Source: Dehalococcoidia bacterium (GTDB lineage: Bacteria > Chloroflexota > Dehalococcoidia > UBA2979). From it: 64,000 bases of DNA. The stretch is from the NCBI GenBank assembly GCA_965219085.1, contig OZ244720.1:544001-608000 (forward strand). The letters run 5' to 3'. The number at the start of each line of letters is the position of its first letter. The stretch's first letter is position 1. The notes under the pieces were generated by a model. The model did not search any database. It had not been told where the DNA came from and saw only the letters and a program-made list of their open reading frames with translations. Below, in pieces: positions 10,266-20,825 of this stretch. Position numbers and translations under genes: made by a program.

Positions 10266-11371
10266 TGTTGCCGTTCGACGTGCTGACGCCGCTCGCCGGG
10301 GAGGCGCCCGGCCTGTTGCCGCCGCTGATCACGTTCAGTGGTGGCGTGAACTGGACGGTGGGTTTCCTGACGACGGCGGCGATCTTCGCCATCGTCGCGC
10401 TCGGTCTGAACGTGCAGTGGGGCTACACCGGCACGATCAACTTCGGCGTGGTGGCCTTCTTCGGCGTCGGCGCGTACGCCAGCGCGCTGCTCACGCTCGA
10501 CGCCCCCGGGGACTTCGAGAACTACATCGGCGGCCTCGAGTTGCCGATCCCGATCGGCTGGATCGGCGGGATGGTCGCGGGGGGCGTGCTCGCGCTGCTC
10601 GTCGGCTTGCCGACGCTGCGGCTGCGCGACGACTTCCTCGCGATAGCCACGATCGGCATCGCGACGATCCTGCGCAGCATCGCCAACACGCAGGAAGGTC
10701 TGGTCAACCGCGCGCGCGGCCTCAACGGCATCCCCCGACCGTTCGAGGGCCTGTCGAAGGACCTCGGCATCGACTACGACTGGCTACTGCTCGTACTCAC
10801 CTCGCTGGTGCTGCTGGCCGTGTTCCTCGTGGTGCGGGGCGCGACGGCGTCGCCGTGGGGCCGCGTCTTGCGCGCCATCCGGGAGAACGAGGCGACCGCG
10901 CAGTCGGTCGGCAAGATGACGACGAGCTACCGCATCCAGAGCTTCGTGCTGGGCGGGGCGCTGATGGGCCTCGCCGGGGCGATCTGGGCGCACCGCATCG
11001 GCACGATCGCGCCCGACTCGTTCGACAACCTCACGACGTTCCTCGTGTGGACGATGGTGATCGTGGGCGGCAGCGGCAACAACCGGGGCGTGATGCTCGG
11101 CGCCCTCGTCGTCGGGTTCGTGTGGTTCGGGTTGCCGCTGATCCAGGAGCAACTGCCGGACTTCCTCGGCACGCGCGTGTTCATGCTGCGGCGGATCGCG
11201 ATCGGGCTGCTGATCATCGGCTTCGTGCTGTCGCGGCCGCAGGGCCTGCTGGCCGAGGAGGCGCGCGTGAGCCGTTTCGCGCCTCGAGGGGACGGGGGTG
11301 GCGGCTTATGGCCCGGCGGGCTGTGGTCGCGCATCCGCGGGCAACCCGGCGGCGGCGCGGCCTGGCGTTGA
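10262..11371 (+). CDS. livM: ABC transporter permease (LivM-like)
   Basis: GLNVQWGYTG, LRLRDDFLAIAT, SPWGRVLRAIRENE, RPQGLL; GTG/ATG at 10262/10265 overlaps the livH stop, in frame with track ORF 9584..11371. Confidence 0.87.
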   Translation: MMLPFDVLTPLAGEAPGLLPPLITFSGGVNWTVGFLTTAAIFAIVALGLNVQWGYTGTINFGVVAFFGVGAYASALLTLDAPGDFENYIGGLELPIPIGWIGGMVAGGVLALLVGLPTLRLRDDFLAIATIGIATILRSIANTQEGLVNRARGLNGIPRPFEGLSKDLGIDYDWLLLVLTSLVLLAVFLVVRGATASPWGRVLRAIRENEATAQSVGKMTTSYRIQSFVLGGALMGLAGAIWAHRIGTIAPDSFDNLTTFLVWTMVIVGGSGNNRGVMLGALVVGFVWFGLPLIQEQLPDFLGTRVFMLRRIAIGLLIIGFVLSRPQGLLAEEARVSRFAPRGDGGGGLWPGGLWSRIRGQPGGGAAWR

Positions 11372-11435
11372 CCGGTACGCGAACGCGAAGCGGGCGGCCG
11401 TGGGGCCGCCCGCTTCCGTCCTCCCGAGCCGTCCG

Positions 11436-12686
11436 TTAGCCACCCAGGTCGAAGGGCACGCTCTCGATGGTCTCGAGGCCGTCGCCGCTGAACTGCCAGA
11501 TCTCGATGAAGCCCGACGGCACGTCGCCATTGGCGTCCCAGTCGACCGAGGTTGCTGCGCCCTCGTAGTTGATGTCGTCGCCGTTGCGGATGGCTTCCAG
11601 GGCAGCCTTGACGCCCTCGGCTCCAGCGATGAAGACCTCACCGCCGGGCCCGCCGATGCGCGCGAGCTGATCGCGGATGGCCGCGCCGTCCGTCGAACCC
11701 GCCGCCTCTGCCGCCAGTGCGATGGCGATCACCGCGTCGTACGTCTCGCGCGCGAACGGCAGCGTCGGCTCGGCGCCGTACTCAGCCGCGTAGGCTGCAT
11801 TCCATGCGACCGTCGAGGCCGCTTCCGGGTTGCTGCCCGGGGCCGTGCCCTTGAACCCGTCGAGCGTGTCGGCGCCGATCGCCGTGATCAGGTCGACGCT
11901 CTTGTTACCGTCGCAGAACAGGAACTTTGTGAAGATGTCGTTCTCGATCGCCTCGCGCAGGAACACCTCGGTCTCCTGGAAGCCGATTGCGAGCAGTACG
12001 TCGGCCCCGTCGGCGGCCGCTTGCTGCAGCTCCGCGAGGTACGACGGTTGCCCGTCGGCCGAGTAGGAGACGAGCGTGCTGGTCCCGCCGAAGGCCGCGG
12101 CGAACGCATCGGCCAGCCCCTGGCCGTACGGATCGTTGCGGTAGATCACGCCGACGTTGGTGAAGCCCTCATCGGTCGCGAGTTGCGCCAGCACCACGCC
12201 CTGGGCGGCGTCGGAGATGGTGGTGCGGAACAGGTAGCCTTCGTCGCCGAGCGTGGTCAACGCCGGCGACGTGGCCGAAGGCGAGATCTGCGGGACGCCG
12301 CTCGCACTGGTCACGCTCTCAGCCACCGCGAGCGTGGCGCTGCTGGCGAGCGGCCCGACGATGGCATGCACACCCTCGACATCGACGAGGCGCCGAGCCT
12401 CCTCGACGGCCTGGATCGCGTCAACGCGTGTGTCGCCGGTGACGAAGGTCACGTCCTTGCCGTTGACGCCGCCCGCCTCGTTGATGTGCTTGATCGCCAG
12501 CTCGACGCCCGTCTGGGTGAACCGCCCGTACTCAGCGAGCGGACCGGAATAGTCGACCAGGAAGCCGATCTTCAGTGCCTCGCCTTCATCCTCGCCGCCA
12601 CATGCCGAGACAGCGAGGCTGATCGCGGTGACCACCGTGAGGAGTAATCCCAGCGGGGATCGCGCGCGGGACCATACAGTGCTCAT
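11436..12686 (-). CDS. ABC substrate-binding lipoprotein (LivK/Leu-Ile-Val-binding family)
   Basis: Lipobox-like VSAC, KIGFLVDYSG, INEAGGVNG, QISPSATSPAL, FRTTISDAAQG, YDAV; ATG at 12686. Confidence 0.9.
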   Translation of the reverse strand: MSTVWSRARSPLGLLLTVVTAISLAVSACGGEDEGEALKIGFLVDYSGPLAEYGRFTQTGVELAIKHINEAGGVNGKDVTFVTGDTRVDAIQAVEEARRLVDVEGVHAIVGPLASSATLAVAESVTSASGVPQISPSATSPALTTLGDEGYLFRTTISDAAQGVVLAQLATDEGFTNVGVIYRNDPYGQGLADAFAAAFGGTSTLVSYSADGQPSYLAELQQAAADGADVLLAIGFQETEVFLREAIENDIFTKFLFCDGNKSVDLITAIGADTLDGFKGTAPGSNPEAASTVAWNAAYAAEYGAEPTLPFARETYDAVIAIALAAEAAGSTDGAAIRDQLARIGGPGGEVFIAGAEGVKAALEAIRNGDDINYEGAATSVDWDANGDVPSGFIEIWQFSGDGLETIESVPFDLGG

Positions 12687-12818
12687 CAGGTGCCCCTTTC
12701 GACTGCTATACGAAGCGGCTTCATACCTCCAGACTATATTCCACGGGAGCGGCATATTGCATCCGCGATGGCACACGCGCACCTCGTCGCTGGCGAGGTG
12801 CGAAGCTACCCTCGCGCC

Positions 12819-13337
12819 ATGACCGACGAACGCACCGAACAGCACGTACCGGGTATCGAGGCGTTGCATCGCGACGACGTCGCTACCGTCGGTGCGCGCG
12901 CCGACGTGGTGCAGGCGCACGGCAACGAGTCGCACTGGTGGAACCACGCCTCGTTCATGCTGCCGTTGATCGGGTTCGTGGTGCTGACGGTCGCTGGCCT
13001 GCTGTTCGGGTGGGCCGAGGCGACTGGGTTCGGGCTGTTCCTCGGCGTGGTGCTGGTGCTGCAACTCCCGGTGGTGTGGTTCACGTGGCGCGGCACCGCG
13101 ACGGCGATCGTGCTGACCGAGGACGGCGCGCTCGCGCTGCACCGCGGCGTCGTGCGTCGCGAGCTCCGCTGGACCGAGCTCGACCGCATCGACCGTGTCG
13201 AGACGTTCGGGAACGTGCGCTGGAAGCTGGTCGAGCGCGGCGGCGAGCACATCAGCATCGAGGGCGAGATCGCGGACATCCCGTCGCTGATCGAGCGTGC
13301 GAGCGAGCTTTCGGGCGTCGCGCCGGACGGCGCGTAA
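12819..13337 (+). CDS. Small two-TM membrane protein with PH-like C-terminal domain
   Basis: Two hydrophobic helices, then beta-rich IVLTEDG...LRWTELDRI; host-like codon usage from ATG 12819. Confidence 0.65.
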   Translation: MTDERTEQHVPGIEALHRDDVATVGARADVVQAHGNESHWWNHASFMLPLIGFVVLTVAGLLFGWAEATGFGLFLGVVLVLQLPVVWFTWRGTATAIVLTEDGALALHRGVVRRELRWTELDRIDRVETFGNVRWKLVERGGEHISIEGEIADIPSLIERASELSGVAPDGA

Positions 13338-13415
13338 CCCATCGGCCGCTGCGTGGTACGGCTGCGATGCCGTGGTATAGACTGTGTCATGTGGTAAATC
13401 GAATCGAGGTGCCAT

Positions 13416-13664
13416 GTGCCGCTGGTCGTGACCAAGGTCGATAAGAACGGACGTGTGTTCATCCCGGCGGAGTATCGGCGCGAGCTCGGGCTGAAGCCGG
13501 GCGATCGGGTGGTGGTGGAGCTGTGCGACGAGGAGTTGCGGATCGTCCCCCACGCGGAGGCGCTTCGGCGAATGCAAGAACTCATCGCGCGCTATATCCC
13601 CAAGGAGCGTTCGCTTGTCGATGAGTTGATAGCGGAGCGACGCGCCGAGGCCGCCCGTGAGTAG
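13416..13664 (+). CDS. AbrB/MazE-type antitoxin
   Basis: KVDKNGRVFIPAEYRRELGLKPGD; overlaps the PIN gene. Confidence 0.88.
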   Translation: MPLVVTKVDKNGRVFIPAEYRRELGLKPGDRVVVELCDEELRIVPHAEALRRMQELIARYIPKERSLVDELIAERRAEAARE

Positions 13665-14049
13665 TTGGGTGCTCGATGCATCAGCGGCGCTGGCTGTCCT
13701 CCGCAGGGAACGTGGAGCGGCTCGCGTGTCAGAGGCGCTTTCGACTGGCGCGCTCATGAGTACGGTGAACGTCGCGGAAGTCGCGGCAAGACTAGCCGCA
13801 GACGACTTTCCAGAGTCAAGGATTCGCGACGGAATCGAGCTCCTGGAGGTCGATATCGCACCTTTTGACGAGGCCGACGCGATCGCCACTGGCCTTTTGC
13901 GACCGGCGACTCGCTCTCTCGGCCTCTCGCTCGGTGACCGGGCCTGCGTGGCGCTCGCAATCAGAACCGGGCTACCGGCGCTGACGGGCGACCGGGCCTG
14001 GCGCGACATCGCTTCCATCCTCGACGTGGAGGTCGAAGTCTTCCGCTAG
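13657..14049 (+). CDS. vapC: VapC/PIN-domain toxin
   Basis: VLDASA, NVAEV, LSLGDRAC, LTGDRAW. Confidence 0.9.
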   Translation: MSSWVLDASAALAVLRRERGAARVSEALSTGALMSTVNVAEVAARLAADDFPESRIRDGIELLEVDIAPFDEADAIATGLLRPATRSLGLSLGDRACVALAIRTGLPALTGDRAWRDIASILDVEVEVFR

Positions 14050-14084
14050 TACGCCTATTCGCGCACGCGCGCTCACAGATAGAC

Positions 14085-14109
14085 GAACGAGCGTTCGTTC
14101 GGCTATCAT
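14085..14109 (+). promoter_or_regulatory. LexA box and -10 element of recQ (probably leaderless transcript)
   Basis: GAACGAGCGTTC at 14085-14096, the same 12-mer as at recA; TATCAT at 14104-14109, 6 nt before GTG 14116. Confidence 0.75.
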
Positions 14110-14115
14110 GCCGCC

Positions 14116-16476
<2,361 letters not shown>

Positions 16477-16550
16477 CGCGCACTGAGCACAACCCTCAGG
16501 CGTAGCCGTGTCGCGCCAGGCGCGCACCGGCCCGGATCACGGAGGTTTCG

Positions 16551-16901
16551 ATGGAACTGACCATGACTGTCACCGAGGACGCGGCGCAGCGGCTCGGGCT
16601 GATCGTCAACCAGCAGCGCGAGGACGACGCGCAGGGCCTGCGCATCTTCGCGCGCGGCGGTGGCTGCGGCTGCAGCGGCCCCTCGTTCGCGATGGGCATC
16701 GACTCGCCGACCACCGAGGACAACGTGCTCGACCTCCACGGCGTGCGGTTCATCATCGACCCGGTCACCGCGCCGGACCTCGAGGGCGCCTCGATCGACT
16801 ACACCGAGGAAGACCTGATGCGGAAGGGCTTCATCATCGACGCCCCGAACGCACAGGCCGCCGGCGGCGCCTGCGGCTGCGGCGCGGGAGGCGGCCACTA
16901 G
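16551..16901 (+). CDS. A-type Fe-S cluster carrier (IscA/ErpA/HesB family)
   Basis: GGGCGCSG, IDY...GFIIDAPN, CGCG; RBS GGAGG upstream. Confidence 0.88.
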   Translation: MELTMTVTEDAAQRLGLIVNQQREDDAQGLRIFARGGGCGCSGPSFAMGIDSPTTEDNVLDLHGVRFIIDPVTAPDLEGASIDYTEEDLMRKGFIIDAPNAQAAGGACGCGAGGGH

Positions 16902-16936
16902 GCCCGCCACCCGGTTCCACCAGAGGGCACAATCCC

Positions 16937-16962
16937 GGACGGCCGCCGCGAGGCGGCCGTCC
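16937..16962 (+). terminator. GC-rich hairpin (probable terminator) after the Fe-S carrier gene
   Basis: GGACGGCCGCC-GCGA-GGCGGCCGTCC, perfect 11-bp stem with GNRA loop; weak U tail. Confidence 0.6.
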
Positions 16963-17080
16963 GTGTTGCCCGAGCGTGTTGCCCGGGAGCGCTGAGGCCG
17001 CGGCGCTCGGCCCGCCACCCGAATCGCGGTCGTGAGCGCCTCTTGTCCGCGAGCATCCGACGCCGCACGCTGGCCTGACG

Positions 17081-17680
17081 GTGCTGCACGACCTTCGCGA
17101 ATGGCTCATCGCATGGGCGGACAGCCCCGCGGGGCCGATCGCGCTCGCGCTGATTACCGCGTCCGAGGCGATCTTCTTCCCGATCCCGCCCGACCCGCTG
17201 CTGATCGCGCTCGCGCTCCGCAACCCTGACACCGCGCTGCTGCTCGCGGGCCTCGCGACCGTGGCCTCGACGGCAGGCGGGCTCGTCGGGCACTGGCTCG
17301 GCGCGCGCTTCGGGAGGCCGCTGCTACAGCGCATCGGCGGCGAGAGGGCCGGACGCGTCGAGACGATGTTCGCGCGTTACGGCTTCTGGGCGGTCGTGGT
17401 CGCGGGGCTGACGCCGATCCCGTACAAGGTCTTCACGATCACCGCCGGCGTGCTCGGCCTCCCGCGCGTGCCGTTCGTGATCGCCTCGCTCGTGGGACGC
17501 GGGCTGCGCTTTGGCGCGTTCGGCGTGGCGATCTTCCTCTGGGGCGACCGCGTGCAGTCGTTCCTCGAGCAGCAGTTCGACGTGGTGGTGTTGGCGCTCG
17601 CGGGGGTGCTCGTTGCCGCCGCCGCGGCCTGGCTCTTGTGGTCGAGGCTGCGAGGGAGGCGTTCCGCCGGTCGCGTATGA
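17081..17680 (+). CDS. YqaA/DedA (VTT domain) membrane protein
   Basis: SEAIFFPIPPDPLLI, GLTPIPYKVFTITAG, SLVGRGLRF. Confidence 0.9.
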   Translation: MLHDLREWLIAWADSPAGPIALALITASEAIFFPIPPDPLLIALALRNPDTALLLAGLATVASTAGGLVGHWLGARFGRPLLQRIGGERAGRVETMFARYGFWAVVVAGLTPIPYKVFTITAGVLGLPRVPFVIASLVGRGLRFGAFGVAIFLWGDRVQSFLEQQFDVVVLALAGVLVAAAAAWLLWSRLRGRRSAGRV

Positions 17681-17704
17681 TACCGACGTTGTGAGAGTCG
17701 ACCC

Positions 17705-19384
17705 TTGACCAACGAAGCTCCACTTGCGGCTGCGCCGCTCGAAGTCGACGCGCGAGCGCGGCGGCTGATCGTCGTCGGCGCGATGCTCGCGCTCTTCCTC
17801 GCCGCCATCGACGCCACGATCGTGGGGACGGCCGTCCCGAGCATCGTCGGCGACCTCGGCGGCATCGACCTGCTGGCGTGGGTGTTCACCGCCTACCTGC
17901 TCACGTCGACGGTCACGCTGCCGCTCGCGGGGAAGTTCGGGGACCTGTTTGGCCGCAAGCCGCTGTTCCTGGTGGCGGTCGTGGCCTTCGTCATTGCCTC
18001 GGTAGCCGCGGGCCTGGCGCCCTCGATGGAGGCGCTGATCGGCGCGCGCGCGCTGCAGGGCATCGGCGCGGGCCTCATCTTTGCGACGACCATGGCGGTC
18101 ATCGCCGACCTGTACTCGCCGCTCGAACGCGGGCGCGTGCAGGGCGCGGTCGCCGGCGTGTTCGGGATCGCGTCGGTGATTGGGCCGACGCTGGGCGGCT
18201 GGATCACCGACGTATCGACATGGCGGTGGATCTTCCTGATCAACCTGCCGATCGGCATCGTCGCGTTCGTCGCGATCCTCGTGCTGATGCCGTGGACGCG
18301 CCTGGCGCGCGCGGGCGAGGCGCGCATCGACTTCCTCGGCGCGATCCTGCTCAGCGCGGCGGTCGTGCCCTTCCTGCTGGCGATGGTGTGGGGCGGCGAG
18401 CGCTACGAGTGGCTCGGCCCCGAGACGCTGGGCCTGATCGCGTTCTCGCTGGTCGCGCTCGCCGCGTTCGTGGCCGTCGAGGCGCGCGTGCCGGAGCCGC
18501 TCGTGCCGCTGTTCCTGTTCCGCAACCGGGTGTTCGCCGTGTCGGCGGTGCTCCTGCTCCTGACCGGCGCGGGGATGTTCGGCGCGCTGACGCTGCTCCC
18601 GCTCTACCTGCAGGGCGTCACGGGCGCGTCGGCGCGGCTCTCCGGGACGCTGATGACGCCGATGATGCTCGCGATCCCGGTCGCAGCGGCCTTCTCGGGA
18701 CAGATGATGAGCCGTACCGGCCGCTACAAGTACCTGCTCATCGGCGGCGTCATCGTGATGTCGGCGGGCATGTTCTCGTTCGCCACCGTCGACGCGTCGA
18801 CGGGCCGGTTCGAGGCGATCCTGCGGATGATCGTCGTGACGCTCGGCCTCGGCGTGACGCTGCCGCTGCTCCAGGTGGTGGTGCAAAACGCCGTGCCGTT
18901 CAGCGTCGTCGGCGTCGCCACCGCGAGCGTGCAGTTCTTCCGGCAGATCGGCGGTACGCTCGGCGTGGCGGTGCTGACCGGCATCATGGTCGGGCGATTC
19001 CGCGACGGTCTCAGCGAGGTCGCCGCGGGCCTCCCCGCCGTGCTCAACAACCCGAGCGCGCTGCTCAACGAGAACGAGGTCGCCGGCCTCCAGCAACGCT
19101 ACGAGGCGACAGCCGGCGAGGCCGCACCGGCGTTCGAGGTGGTCCTGGCGGCGGCTCGCGTCTCGCTGTCCGAGGCGATCGCGCTGGTATTCGTCATTGG
19201 CGCGGTGATCGTGGCATGCTCGCTCGTGGCGGCGTTCGTGCTGCCCGAACTGGAGCTGGAGAGCGCCTCGCCCGCCGAGCTGGCTCGACGCGAGGCGGCG
19301 GCCAGCGCCGCGCCGGAGCCGACCCACGTCGCGATGCACATCGTCGATAGGCCTGTGGGAGACGAAGGAGGACAGCATGCATGA
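17705..19384 (+). CDS. DHA2-type (EmrB/QacA-like) MFS efflux transporter
   Basis: AIDATIVGTA, GKFGDLFGRK, RALQGIG, WRWIFLINLPIG, QFFRQIGG. Confidence 0.92.
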   Translation: MTNEAPLAAAPLEVDARARRLIVVGAMLALFLAAIDATIVGTAVPSIVGDLGGIDLLAWVFTAYLLTSTVTLPLAGKFGDLFGRKPLFLVAVVAFVIASVAAGLAPSMEALIGARALQGIGAGLIFATTMAVIADLYSPLERGRVQGAVAGVFGIASVIGPTLGGWITDVSTWRWIFLINLPIGIVAFVAILVLMPWTRLARAGEARIDFLGAILLSAAVVPFLLAMVWGGERYEWLGPETLGLIAFSLVALAAFVAVEARVPEPLVPLFLFRNRVFAVSAVLLLLTGAGMFGALTLLPLYLQGVTGASARLSGTLMTPMMLAIPVAAAFSGQMMSRTGRYKYLLIGGVIVMSAGMFSFATVDASTGRFEAILRMIVVTLGLGVTLPLLQVVVQNAVPFSVVGVATASVQFFRQIGGTLGVAVLTGIMVGRFRDGLSEVAAGLPAVLNNPSALLNENEVAGLQQRYEATAGEAAPAFEVVLAAARVSLSEAIALVFVIGAVIVACSLVAAFVLPELELESASPAELARREAAASAAPEPTHVAMHIVDRPVGDEGGQHA

Positions 19385-20270
19385 GGCCCTGCGCGTGCTC
19401 GACGAAGTGCGCCAGCTACGCGACCCGGTGCTCATCGCGGCCTTCTCCGGCCTCAATGACTTCGGCGGCGCCGCCCTCGCGACCATGGAGCACCTGGTCG
19501 AGGCGTGGGGCGCGCGCGACCTCGCCGAGATCGAGCCCGAGCCGTTCTTCGACTTCACCGTGCAGCGCCCGACCGTGCGCCTCGAGGGCGACGAGCGGCG
19601 CATCGTCTGGCCGATCCCGCGCTTCAGCGTCGCCTCGCCCGAAGGCTCGAACCGCGACTTCGTGCTGCTGTCGAGCGCCGAGCCGCACCTGCGCTGGCGC
19701 ACGTTCACCGAGATCGTCGCCGAGGTCATGGAGGCGACCGGCGCGACTACCAGCATCACCATCGCCGCGCAGGCGGCGGCCACGCCGCACACCCGCCCGA
19801 TGCCGGTGACGCTCTCCGCCTCGCACGACGACTTCGAGCAGCAGTTCGGCCTCGAAGTGCCCGAGTCGCGCTACGAGGGGCCGACGGGGATCGTCGGCGT
19901 GCTCAACCTCTCGCACCGCTCGCGCGGGTGGCGCAACGCGAGCCTGTGGGCGCAGGCGCCGCATTACCTCTCGACGGGGCCGAACCCCGGCGCCATCACC
20001 GCGCTGGTCGAGGTCCTCGACCGTGGCTTCGGGCTGCAGACGTCGATCGAGGCCGTGGAGGCGCAGACCGCGGACTTCGACGAGCAGGTGCGGCAGGCGC
20101 TGGAGGAGTCGAACGAGGCCGCCGACTACATCAAGAACCTCGAGGAGCAGTACGACGCGAACCAGAGCGCGCCGTCTGCGCCGGACGAGGGCGCCGCCGA
20201 GTTGCCGTCGGCCGAGGACCTGCTGAGCGACCTCGAAGGCTTCCTCCGCGACCAGCGCGACGACGCCTAG
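19377..20270 (+). CDS. PAC2-family (proteasome assembly chaperone-like) protein
   Basis: AAFSGLNDFGGAA, FFDFTVQRP, EPHLRW, TPHTRP, YEGPTGIVG, YIKNLEEQYD. Confidence 0.88.
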   Translation: MHEALRVLDEVRQLRDPVLIAAFSGLNDFGGAALATMEHLVEAWGARDLAEIEPEPFFDFTVQRPTVRLEGDERRIVWPIPRFSVASPEGSNRDFVLLSSAEPHLRWRTFTEIVAEVMEATGATTSITIAAQAAATPHTRPMPVTLSASHDDFEQQFGLEVPESRYEGPTGIVGVLNLSHRSRGWRNASLWAQAPHYLSTGPNPGAITALVEVLDRGFGLQTSIEAVEAQTADFDEQVRQALEESNEAADYIKNLEEQYDANQSAPSAPDEGAAELPSAEDLLSDLEGFLRDQRDDA

Positions 20271-20296
20271 GGCGTTCCGTCGCCGGGCTCCGTCGG

Positions 20297-20716
20297 CTAG
20301 GCCGAGACCTCGCGCAGCGCCACGACCGGTAGCTCCCGGTCGGTCCGCGACTGGTAGCCCTCGTAGCGGTCCGTCACGGCCGTGATCCGCTCGAAGCGGT
20401 GACGCCGCTCCGCCCCGATCAGGGGCTCGGCGCGCATCGAGCGCCTGCCCGCGCGCGTCTCCACCTCGACCGTGGGGTTGGCGACGAGGTTGTGGTACCA
20501 GCCCGGGTTGTACGGCCCCCCGTTGTTCGAGGCGATGACCAGCACGGCGCCGCGGTCTTCGACGTAGAGCAGCGGTACCGTCCGCCGCCTCCCCGACCGC
20601 CGACCCGTGGTCGTGAGCAGCAGCACGGGCATGTCGAACTTGCCGAGCAGGCGTCCGCCGGTCAGGCGGAAGACGAAGATGTGGAATGGGACGAAAAAGC
20701 GAAGGAAGAACCTCAT
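20297..20716 (-). CDS. Deazaflavin (F420)-dependent nitroreductase family protein (Ddn-like)
   Basis: LLLTTTGRRSG, IASNNGG, PGWYHNLVANP, YQSRTDRELPVV. Confidence 0.9.
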   Translation of the reverse strand: MRFFLRFFVPFHIFVFRLTGGRLLGKFDMPVLLLTTTGRRSGRRRTVPLLYVEDRGAVLVIASNNGGPYNPGWYHNLVANPTVEVETRAGRRSMRAEPLIGAERRHRFERITAVTDRYEGYQSRTDRELPVVALREVSA

Positions 20717-20801
20717 GTCAGCCTCCCGCCCTTCGAGGTCTGGCTGGCGCGTTCTCTGGTCAGTCTATCCGACCGGGGAGCCACGACGCTTGCTACCACG
20801 A

Positions 20802-20821
20802 CAGCGGGCAGAGGCCCGCTG
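20802..20821 (-). terminator. Hairpin just after the PARIS-like gene, near the left island edge
   Basis: CAGCGGGC-AGAG-GCCCGCTG perfect 8-bp stem, 4 nt past the stop at 20826. Confidence 0.5.
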
Positions 20822-20825
20822 CCCA

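Noticed and set aside
12687-14018. 860-aa version of the substrate-binding protein
   Set aside because: The extension is antisense to three real plus-strand genes.
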